DNA of 58,267 nt from positions 113,886,676 through 113,944,942 of the forward strand of contig NC_068981.1 of NCBI RefSeq assembly GCF_001194135.2. The letters are read 5' to 3'. Numbering within the stretch: position 1 is the stretch's first letter; every line of letters starts with the position of its first letter. Of this stretch, positions 1 through 10,300 are shown piece after piece. Under the pieces are notes generated by a model. It had not been told where the DNA came from, did not search any database, and saw only the letters and a program-made list of their open reading frames with translations. This stretch comes from Octopus bimaculoides (lineage: Eukaryota). A program made the position numbers and the translations under genes.

Positions 1-307
1 ATATATTAGTTTAAAAAGATGATAGGGTAAAGAGTAAAGGAGTGTCAGATAGAAGGAATGGGGGTGGGGTAATGAGAAGGAGAGGTTAGACCTTCTATTT
101 ATAAATGTTCTAAAATCTTCACAGCCTTGGTTTTTTATCTTAATTTGAAAAAAAAAAATTATATATACACATGCTGATATATGACCTACGTTGGACTCTC
201 TATTCGCATAATCACCACACCTAGAGCTTAACTATTGTCTGTCCATAGCACTTACTCAGCATTACCTGACACCTTTGGGTCTTATTGACACCATTACCTC
301 TCATAAC

Positions 308-320
308 CTCTCTCTCTCTC

Positions 321-404
<84 letters not shown>
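308..404. repeat. Compound (CT)n/(TA)n/(GA)n microsatellite
   Basis: Dinucleotide runs read directly; source of the spurious SLSLS/YIYIY ORFs. Confidence 0.95.
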
Positions 405-407
<3 letters not shown>

Positions 408-438
408 ACCACTATATATATAAACGAGTGCGAAACTA

Positions 439-564
439 CAGGGTGTCCAAAAGGTCTGGGTACATGGAGTAGATAAAATCATAATATAAACAATTAAACA
501 TAAGAAATAATAATTTCTTAAAGTATGTGTTAATCCCCATGTAACAGATTTTGTGGACACCCTG
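439..564. mobile_element. 126-bp Tc1/mariner-type MITE
   Basis: Perfect 11-bp terminal inverted repeats CAGGGTGTCCA (439-449) / TGGACACCCTG (554-564), flanked by TA on both sides (437-438, 565-566); no coding capacity. Confidence 0.8.
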
Positions 565-774
565 TATAATAACTTTCCGGAAACCGACTGAAGAGGAAAT
601 CTGATGTGAATGGTCCGTGTATTTTGCTTTTGTCCTGTTGCCCGTTTTTTTTTTGTTATCGTCTATTTTCCGTATGTTGTGTTTGATTTCCGCTTGTTAT
701 ATTCTTTTCGTCTTACCTTTGATTTATATATATATGTGTGTCTGTGTGTGTCCGTATATATATATATATATATA

Positions 775-890
775 CGAGGAACAAAGTTTAAAATTAAAAC
801 CAATTTCTCTTGTTCCTCGAGTAACCTCATTTATGTCCTTACTTGCGCAGGTTGCCAAAACTTCTATATCGGACAGACGAGCCTCCCATT
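775..890 (+). mobile_element. Penelope-like element GIY-YIG endonuclease fragment (runs into gap)
   Basis: Translates to RGTKFKIKTNFSCSSSNLIYVLTCAGCQNFYIGQTSLP, matching the C-x-S-x-N-L-I-Y...C-x2-C...Y-I-G-Q-T pattern of PLE GIY-YIG domains. Confidence 0.85.
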
Positions 891-1625
891 NNNNNNNNNN
901 NNNNNNNNNNNNNNNNNNNNNNNNNNNNNNNNNNNNNNNNNNNNNNNNNNNNNNNNNNNNNNNNNNNNNNNNNNNNNNNNNNNNNNNNNNNNNNNNNNNN
1001 NNNNNNNNNNNNNNNNNNNNNNNNNNNNNNNNNNNNNNNNNNNNNNNNNNNNNNNNNNNNNNNNNNNNNNNNNNNNNNNNNNNNNNNNNNNNNNNNNNNN
1101 NNNNNNNNNNNNNNNNNNNNNNNNNNNNNNNNNNNNNNNNNNNNNNNNNNNNNNNNNNNNNNNNNNNNNNNNNNNNNNNNNNNNNNNNNNNNNNNNNNNN
1201 NNNNNNNNNNNNNNNNNNNNNNNNNNNNNNNNNNNNNNNNNNNNNNNNNNNNNNNNNNNNNNNNNNNNNNNNNNNNNNNNNNNNNNNNNNNNNNNNNNNN
1301 NNNNNNNNNNNNNNNNNNNNNNNNNNNNNNNNNNNNNNNNNNNNNNNNNNNNNNNNNNNNNNNNNNNNNNNNNNNNNNNNNNNNNNNNNNNNNNNNNNNN
1401 NNNNNNNNNNNNNNNNNNNNNNNNNNNNNNNNNNNNNNNNNNNNNNNNNNNNNNNNNNNNNNNNNNNNNNNNNNNNNNNNNNNNNNNNNNNNNNNNNNNN
1501 NNNNNNNNNNNNNNNNNNNNNNNNNNNNNNNNNNNNNNNNNNNNNNNNNNNNNNNNNNNNNNNNNNNNNNNNNNNNNNNNNNNNNNNNNNNNNNNNNNNN
1601 NNNNNNNNNNNNNNNNNNNNNNNNN

Positions 1626-2849
1626 ATAATGCTTTTTTTTTTCAATTACATGAACTAAAAGTCGGAGAGGGACGGGATAAATTACATGCATTAACTTACT
1701 ACAATACCAGGTAGTAATTTTATCTTTTCCTTCTTCTTAGTGCAAGTGTTGAAGAGCGCAGTTCGATTTTAACAGTAATTTTTTTTTCAAAGCTATAATA
1801 GAAGTGGCAAAGGAGTATATTCGGCATATTTTGCTTTATGAGTTCAATAAAGACAATAACGCAACGGAAAGTGTGAGGAATATTAATGTAGTATATGGGG
1901 ATCGGACAATAAGCGTAAGCCAGTATCAACGGTGGTTCCTGAAATTCCGAGCCGGAAACTACAGCCTAGAAATCGAGCCATATCCCGGAAGATCTGTAGA
2001 GTTCGACGAGGACGTCCTGCAAAACCTGGTGGAACAAAATCCTATCGTAACTGTTGAACTAACAAAGAAGTTTGGATTTGGACATACAACCATACATCGA
2101 CACCTGCGTGCCACCAGAAAAGTCAGCAAATTGGGTCATTGAGTTCCTCACAAACTTTTAGAATCTAACTGGGCACAGAGAGTGAATGTATACTCTTCTT
2201 TGCTGTCACGTCTCACGAATGAATCTTTTTGGACCAAATAGTGACTGGTGACGAGAAATGTGTTCTCTATAAAAATGTCAAACGCCGAAGACAGCGAGTA
2301 GGGAAAAGAGAAACACCGGCATAAGGTGTTGTTACCTGTTTGGTAGGATATAAATGGTTTAGTCTACTTTGAACTTTTAAACCTACACCAAACGGTAACA
2401 AAGGAAATCTAGTGCGAGCAGCTTGGGCGGCTTCAGTCAGCGCTAGAAGAAAAACGATCATTTTTGATTTCAAGACGAAAGGTGTTCTTCCATCAGGATA
2501 ATGCTCGGCCACATGCAGCGAGGATGACATTCGGGAAACGATGTCCCACCCACCTTATTTTCCGGGCATTACCCCATCTGATCATCATTTATTCCGCAGT
2601 CTTCAAAACCATTTGGACGGAAAAAATATGAATTCTATAGACGAGGTGAGAACAGTACTGGAGGTATATTTTTCATCACGGACAAGTAAATTTTGGAAGA
2701 GGAGCCTTGCAAGTCTGCTAGATAGATGGAAGAGTATTGTAGAAAATGAAGGAGAGTATATTTTAGATTAAAAAAGAACTTTGTTTATATTAATTTTGAA
2801 AAATAACAGAAGTATAAAAAACTCGCATTATTTATGAGATGACCCAATA
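1626..2849 (+). mobile_element. Near full-length, inactivated mariner transposon (D,D34D-type transposase pseudogene)
   Basis: Decayed transposase from ~1804 to 2771: HTH region, (W>stop)VPHKL at 2140, IVTGDEK, HQDNARPH, HPPYFPGITPSDHHLFRSLQNHL. Right TIR ends ...GATGACCCAA followed by TA (2848-2849); a remnant of the left TIR (ATAATGC) abuts the gap. Confidence 0.93.
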
Positions 2850-2929
2850 TATATAATATATATATGTGTATGTGTGCATGTGTGTGTGTGTGTGTGTATT
2901 TATGTATGTATAAATTATTGAAGTAGCTA

Positions 2930-3850
2930 ATAATTTTCACTTTATCATTTCTATGGTACTTTTTTATAAACTGACAAGGTGAATTAGCTTAACCCTAGGT
3001 AATGTAGTAGCATCACCGATGAAGATTAATTCTATCCAAAATCACTGGTGATCTGGCGTCTCGCTTGCTATAGCGAGGTTGTTTTCCTTGTCAGCAAATA
3101 GATAATGATTTGTCCGTGGCTGAGAGTTGTTTTGAATCCAACTTTAGTGACGACTGTACTTGTGCCATTTGGTTTTAAATTGCGAATAGCCACTTTAATT
3201 TATAATTTTCACTTTACCATTATACTAAATCAGCTACTGATTCTTATGGTATTTTCTGTAAACTGACAAGCTAAGTTGGCTTAACGCTAGACTAGCCAAC
3301 CCTTCCAGCATTTGAGTAGTCACTACTGACTAGCCTACGACTGATAAGAGAAACTAGTCTTGTCTAGTGATCCTAAAGACGCTCATAGGGCGGATATCTC
3401 CCCTGTCATTGCATATATATTGCGCGCTTCTTACATGAAGAGTTCTCAACTCTTATTTCTGCAAGAAATATAGGTACTTCGGCACCCTCAGTCACAATTA
3501 GTAACGATAAAATTTTTCCTTTATGGTATTGGATTGCACTTAGCGGTTTATATCAATTTTTATTATACGCATTAGCATTTCGCTAATTTAGCCATATTTA
3601 TGGTAATATGCTGACAGCCGGATTTAACCAAACCATTGAGCGTTTGAGAAGTCACTACTGACGGGCCTACAATAGATAGGGTGAACTAGGTCTAGTCTTG
3701 TGATCAGAGAGGCGCCCATAGGACGGTTATCGCCCCTGTCAGTGTATATTGCGTGCTTCTTACAACATTAAGAATCTTAAACTCTTATTTCTTGCAATAT
3801 AAGTGCTTCAGCTCCCTCAGTTACAATTAGTGACAATAAAAGTTTTCTTA
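2930..3850 (+). repeat. Three diverged tandem units (~310-330 bp period) of an unnamed repeat carrying a degenerate hammerhead-like motif
   Basis: Collinear blocks GTCACTACTGA, TAGTGATC, CGGTTATCTCCCCTGTCAG, ACTCTTATTTCT and CCCTCAGTCACAATTAGTGAC recur (most decayed in the first unit), with core positions at 3016, 3326 and 3658. Confidence 0.75.
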
Positions 3851-4754
3851 TATATATATATATATATATATGTAGAATACACACACTCACACAGATACAC
3901 GGACATGTACACACCTATAGGTACACAGATATACACAAACATGCATATATATACATAAGCTAAAGCAGCAATACAGTTAACATTTGATTTTTAACAGGAT
4001 AAACAGAGTGTGTCTTGGTTGACTATCATCATATTTTGTTGGACAAGTTAAATTTATTCCTTTAAAACGCAGTTTTCAATATTAAACAACTCAGTGAATT
4101 ATGAATTGCTCACGCTATGTAAATGGAGAGAAAAAGTGTGAACATAGGTAGAAATGAATTTTTCTTACGCAGAATACTATAACGTTGCTTAATGGAATCC
4201 ACTGATTGAACGATAAAATGTAAACTACAAAATTTTCAATACAGTAGAATTTATGCATTACACCATTAATAAAATATAATTTATAAATGAAAAACTACTT
4301 TGTCAATTAAGATAACAATATTTGAGAACATTACGGGATATGTTATGTCAATATTGATTTTCCTTTATTTCATTTCTATTAATAGAATTAAATATCATTC
4401 TTCTATGCTTATATTTCCCTGATATGATTCTTGATTTTCTTGAAATATCTGTCATTGTGAAATAATTCTTTGGAGGTAAATGAGAAATTACTCGATGGTA
4501 ATAATCGGGTAGAAACACCGGAGGAGAGGGATACATATCTCAAGGCATTTTATAAGATATCTACTCTAAAATTCCTTCTGGAATTGAGTTCCTTTTTATT
4601 TGTTGGACAAAATAGTCAGCTTAGTAGTTGAGGTTGTTTTAGTCTTTAGGGAACACATTTTTATTATTTATGCTAGCAATATTATCTGCAAAGAAATTAA
4701 CGAAACGGTTTTCATATTTTACTAGAATGTAGGCTTTTCACCATTATTTATATA

Positions 4755-5156
4755 CTCTTTACTCTCTTTACTTGTTTCAGTCATTTGACTGCGGCCATGC
4801 TGGAGCACCACCTTTAGTCGAGCAAATCGACCCCAGGACTTATTCTTTGTAAGCCTAGTACTTATTCTATCGGTCTCTTTTTGCCGAACCGCTAAGTTAC
4901 GGGGACGTAAACACACCACCATCGGTTGTCAAGCGATGATGGGGGGGGGACAAACACAGATACACAAACACACATACATATATACATATACATATACATA
5001 TATACGACAGGCTTCTTTCAGTTTCCGTCTACCAAATCGACTCACAAGGCTTTGGTCGGCCCGAGGCTATAGTAGAAGACACTTGCCCAAGGTGCCACGC
5101 AGTGGGACTGAACCCTGAACCACGAGGTTGGTAAGAAAGCTACTTACCACACAGAC
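4755..5156 (-). mobile_element. tRNA-derived SINE, family A (octopus-type), near full length
   Basis: Reverse complement of the 9873-10300 copy; tRNA-like head, internal CA/TA microsatellite, GTAAAAGA-type tail. Confidence 0.9.
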
Positions 5157-5730
5157 AAGTATGTATATAAATATACATGCATACATATATATAAGCATAT
5201 ACTTATATATGCATATGTATATATTTGTATACATACATATGAATAAACAGACACACTCACACACGCACAAACGCACGCACGCACGCACACACACACACAC
5301 ATTTGTGTGTGTGTGTGTGCATAAATATATATTTATAAAATATCTTTCATACTATTAGATGAGTTATTCTAAATTGTATTAACGTGTATCCACCTATGTG
5401 GAAGCACAGATAAAATTACAGTTTTATGTTTCAGTTGATACTGTTTGTAAACTGAATTGACAATATTCATTCGAAATTTTGCATATCGTATACTGATTTC
5501 ATAAACAACAATATACAAAAGATTCAAACAACGAATGTTTAATTTTCATGTGCACATATATGATAAGTAAAACAAATTTCTTGTGTTGTTTTCTTTTATC
5601 CAAATGTTTATGCTTATTGATATTCTCTCAAAATCTGTGATCCCTTTTAGACATATCTGAATAAAAATTATTAAAATTTGCTTGTATTTCTAGAAACATA
5701 ACGAAACAATCAATTGAAGCAATTTATTAA

Positions 5731-5790
<60 letters not shown>

Positions 5791-6484
5791 GTATATTATC
5801 GATTTCTCATATTTTTCCATGTTACACATATTCGAAGCGGTGGCGGTATAATCGATAAGCATCGTTCCTAGTTCAGATGGGAATATAATGAATGAAACTA
5901 AATATTCCTTGGTACTCAGCCCAGCAGTCTCCTACATCTAAGTAGAGCGTTTATATTACCATAAGATATTGAATTATTTGCTACTTGCCTGAAAATATTT
6001 ATGAATTCATAATTTGAAATCTATTCGGTTAGAATAAGCAATATCTGATCAATTGGTGAGTTAGTTCATTTCCAAGTTTGGGAACACTATTGATTTTGGA
6101 ACGATTTGAGCGGGATCAATCATTACATATTCCCGATTGTATCAGTCAGGTGCTACTTTAAAATCATTTAAGACCACCACAGAAAAGAAAAATCTTTTCT
6201 TATAAAAGAACATCAATAGTCCACAATTTTTTCTGAAATTGTAGCAAATTTGCTGATGACTACAAGCTAATGATACGATTACAATTTATAAAATATTGCA
6301 TCCTCTGATGAACTCTTTGTTACAGTAACCTTGAATTTAAGTACATTGTGAAAATAAAAGTGATATACCAAGATAAAGTAAAACAACACTAGCCTGATAT
6401 GAAGACGATCTGATATTACAATATCTAGAGGCCTCGTTAGCAGCGACACTCGCACCGACATCTAGATATTGTGATATAAGTTAG

Positions 6485-6615
6485 ATACAAAGCCATGAAT
6501 TTGAGAGCATGTTATAGTCAATTTAATCGACGCCAGCATGTGACTGGTACTTTGTTTTATCAATTCATGAAGTCATGAACAAGATTTGAACTCAGAACGA
6601 AAACGGACAGAATAA
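6485..6615 (-). mobile_element. Diverged fragment of SINE family B
   Basis: Reverse complement gives GTTCTGAGTTCAAAT...GATAAAACAAAGTACCAG...GTCGAT, collinear with 7306-7518. Confidence 0.55.
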
Positions 6616-6852
6616 TTTTATATGCCATCTACCGTTTCTGTATTCGATCATCCTCTCCATTGTACAAATATTTAAATGCGTGCAGTGACTGAGAGCCCAA
6701 ATTATAATTGCAGAACAGCATAATGATAATATAACTAGCCATTGTTCATAATTATTTGTTCATTATTATTATTTCACTGATTTATTCCGACCTTTTGCGT
6801 CTTGAGTTGAATTCCCTCCAGAGTCAGCTTTGGCTTTCATTCCGCTCAAACA

Positions 6853-7020
6853 GTAGCAGGCATAGCTGTGTTGTAAGAAACTTCCTTCCCAACTACATGG
6901 TCTGGGTTCAGTCCCACAGCGTGGTACCTTTGGGTACCTACTATAGCCACAAGGCCGACTAAAGCCTTGTGAGTAGATTTGGCAGACGGAAACTGAAAAA
7001 AGCTCGTAGTATATATATAT
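6853..7020 (+). mobile_element. SINE family A, 5' half (runs into gap)
   Basis: GGGTTCAGTCCCAC B-box region and AAAGCCTTGTGAGT.GATTTGG.AGACGGAAACTGAA match the other family A copies. Confidence 0.85.
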
Positions 7021-7305
7021 NNNNNNNNNNNNNNNNNNNNNNNNNNNNNNNNNNNNNNNNNNNNNNNNNNNNNNNNNNNNNNNNNNNNNNNNNNNNNNNN
7101 NNNNNNNNNNNNNNNNNNNNNNNNNNNNNNNNNNNNNNNNNNNNNNNNNNNNNNNNNNNNNNNNNNNNNNNNNNNNNNNNNNNNNNNNNNNNNNNNNNNN
7201 NNNNNNNNAACAGTATTAAAAAAATAGATGGAATATGTAATAGACTTTATTGGGTACAACACAGGTTCTGGGTCTCTTCAGGTACGTCAATAAAAAGTCT
7301 CACTA

Positions 7306-7518
7306 AGGCGACGAGCTGGCAGAATCGTTAGCACGCCGGACGAAATGCATAGCGGTATATCGACTGTCTTCATGTTCTGAGTTCAAATTCCGCCGAGGTC
7401 GACTTTACCTTTCATCCTTTCGGGGTCGATGAATTAAGTGCCAGTTGCGTACTGGGGTCGATCTAATCGACTAGCCCCCTCCCCCAAAATTTCTGGCTTT
7501 ATGTTTAGAGCAGAAAAG
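7306..7518 (+). mobile_element. tRNA-derived SINE, family B, with 17-bp target-site duplication
   Basis: Head AGGCGACGAGCTGGCAGAATCGTTAG, B-box-like GAGTTCAAATTCC; identical AATAAAAAGTCTCACTA at 7289-7305 and 7519-7535. Confidence 0.9.
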
Positions 7519-7599
7519 AATAAAAAGTCTCACTAGGGATTTCTTGAGTCGGCTTATGTACCGCTATATGTCCATCATATGTATGTATGTATGTATGTA

Positions 7600-7639
<40 letters not shown>

Positions 7640-7649
7640 TGTGTGTGTG

Positions 7650-7855
7650 TTTATTCTCCACTACTGCTTGACAACCAGTGTTGGCTTGTGTGTGTGTGTC
7701 CTCGTAACTTAGCGTTTCGGCAAAAGATACCAGTATAATAAGCCCCAAGTTTTAAAAAAAGTTCCGGGATCGATTAGTTCGACTAAAAACCCTTCAAGGT
7801 GGTGTCCAGCATAGTCGCAGTCCAGTGACTACAAAAAGTTAAAGAAAAAAATTAA
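7650..7855 (+). mobile_element. SINE family A-related 3' half (older subfamily)
   Basis: GCTTGACAACC...GTAACTTAGCG.TTCGGCAAAAGA...TTCGACTAAAA...CCAGCAT.G.CGCAGTC matches the family A 3' region. Confidence 0.75.
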
Positions 7856-8299
7856 AAAGATAAATATTTTGTCGATGGTGTTGACTAATCCCGCTCCCTC
7901 AAAATTGCTACTCTTCTGCTTGAAGCAGGAATAATTATTTTACTTCTACTGCTACTCATACAAGTTCTACTCCCCATTCCTTATACTGTTTCTGTCAACC
8001 TTTCGTCCAATTGTCGCTGTTCTTTGAAATCATAAATTCCTGGTGTGCTGTAGTATACAATGACAAAGGACCTCCCGCTGAGAGAAGGGAATAAGAGAGG
8101 GTATATGAATTACAACTAAATGCTAAGTTAATTGAAGAACTATGATCACCAGGCGATGACAACCAAAACGACCGACCTATATAGGTGAAAAAAGTTATAT
8201 TTCTAACCTTTATACATTTACCAACAGTGTTGCCTTAAGCTAGTTGCAGAGGAATTACCATGAAAGAGTTATGACTTCTTTGCGTTCATAATTATGTCT

Positions 8300-9510
8300 A
8301 TGAACGCATTACCCTTTCACGATAATTCCTACTGGGTAAAAAGAATGGAGACAAGCTGTTTGATGTGGCAATGGGGAGCTATGACGATGCAAAGACAGCT
8401 GACCTTGTAGGCCTTTGTACCCTAGATGCCCTTAAAAAAGAAATAAAAGAATCTAACATAAGCTTATATAGGAACAATGTCCTGGGAGTAGCACACAATA
8501 AAAACGGACATGATATGGATAGCATAAGGAAAAAATATGCAAAATATTTAACCAATTAGGCCTAAGAACCAGAATTAGTACAGACCGTAAAGAAGTAAAC
8601 TTCTTAGACATTAACATGAACCTTAACACAGGAAAATTTAAACCCTACCACAAATAAAACGAGGAAGCCTCGTACATAAACATAGGTTCCAACCACCCAC
8701 CAGCAGTAATTAAACAAATGGTTAACAACGTTAGCAATTTATCCGTGGACAAAGACACTTTTGCAAAAGCCGTCCCATATTACAATGCTGCATTAGAAAG
8801 GTCTAACATCAAGAATAGCATACACTGCATTGAACCAAATATAAATAGACCAAGAAGATGCCGACAGAGGAAAATCTTATAGTTCAGCCCACCGTATAGC
8901 ATGAATGTAGAGGAAATTCTTAAAGCTGATAGACAACCACTTTCCACATTCGCACAAATACCACAAAATCTTCAAAATCTTCAAACAGCTTGTCTCCATT
9001 CTGTTAAAGTTTGCTATAGTTACCTCCCCAAAATAGGGTCAATAATAAACAATTATAATAAACTACACACCAGAAGCACTCCAGAAAGACAATGTAACTT
9101 CAGATCCCCAAACCACTGCCCTCTAACAACAACTGCCTGGAGAAAGAATTCATATACAAGGCCAAGATTATGGACCCCAACGGAATAGCAAAGACATATA
9201 TCGGAATGACAGGCAACTCGTTTAAGGAAAGGTATGCACAACATCTTGCATCATCCAGGGACAAAAACAAAAGACATGCGACATCCCTTTCAAAAATGAC
9301 ATAGACATTGAAAAAAGGTGGAACAAGCAACCCCCTGATGGAATGGAAAATTATTGCTAAAGCCAAAAAAATACAGAGAACGGGGTACCAAATGTGAACT
9401 ATGTATTACTGAAAAATTAAATATTATACAATCAAATAATAACATCTTAAACATTGGGGATAAAACCTTCTCTCCTTGCAATAACTTACACAAGCAATAA
9501 CTTACACACA
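8300..9510 (+). mobile_element. Decayed Penelope-like retroelement (RT C-terminal half plus GIY-YIG)
   Basis: Frameshifted pieces: WVK...LFDVAMGSYDD, LYRNN (YRDD-equivalent), VNFLDINMNL, SNHPPAVIKQM, FSPPYS, CNxR..CPL, CLEKEFIYKA...TYIGMTGNSFKERY..H, CELCITEKL. Confidence 0.88.
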
Positions 9511-9872
9511 TATTTCAAAGAAGAGCCCCTATGAACGAGAGTAACCATACCAGGATAGCCCGTTTCATAAACGTGAACACACATAGCACGCAAACTTCAC
9601 GCAAAGAAGAAATATGCTTCAATGACGAGCTACCTCAACATACAAGTACAAGAAGAGCATATCCAGAACAAAAGCAAATAATGCAAAATAAACGAAACAA
9701 ATTAATCACAAAAAACCATTGTGGTTAATAAAGATAACGTTTTCATCATCATCATCATCGTCATCATCATTGTTGCTCTACAAAACATGTTTCATACTTA
9801 GGTCATGGATTTGATTCCAATTGGGACCCACTTCGGTTTTCATTTTTCTTAGATTCGATAAATAAAGAGGTA

Positions 9873-10300
9873 GGCGTAGGAGTGGCTGTGTGGTAAGTAG
9901 CTAGCTTACCAACCACATGGTCCCGGGTTCAGTCCCACTGCGCGGCATCTTGGGCAAGTGTCTTCTACTATAGCCTCGGGCCGACCAAAGCCTTGTGAGT
10001 GGATTTGGTAGACGGAAACTGAAAGAAGCCCGTCGTATATATGTATATATATATATGTATGTGTGTGTGTATGTTTGTATGTGTGTGTTTGTCCCCCCAG
10101 CATCGCTTGACAACCGATGCTGGTGTGTTTATGTCCCCGTAACTTAGCGGTTCGGCGAAAGAGATCGATAGAATAAGTACTAGGCTTCTAAAGAATAAGT
10201 CCTGGGGTCGATTTGCTCGACTAAAAGGCGGTGCTCCAGCATGGCCACAGTCAAAAGACTGAAACAAGTAAAAGAGTAAAAGAGTAAAAGAGTAAAAGAG
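9873..10300 (+). mobile_element. tRNA-derived SINE, family A, full length
   Basis: A-box TGGCTGTGTGG, B-box GGTTCAGTCC, internal TA/CA microsatellite, (GTAAAAGA)n tail; at least eight related segments elsewhere in the window. Confidence 0.93.

Noticed and set aside
575-605. TTTCC-GGAAAC-CGA-CTGAAGA-GGAAA near the first Penelope fragment as a hammerhead
   Set aside because: Core halves are in permuted order with only 3 nt between them; no helix I/III or cleavage triplet can form. At most a deleted remnant.
9090-9420. Selenocysteine (in-frame TGA) in the Penelope GIY-YIG domain, as known for some Naiad-type elements
   Set aside because: The cysteine positions I could read are TGT/TGC (one is TTC); no TGA at a conserved Cys.
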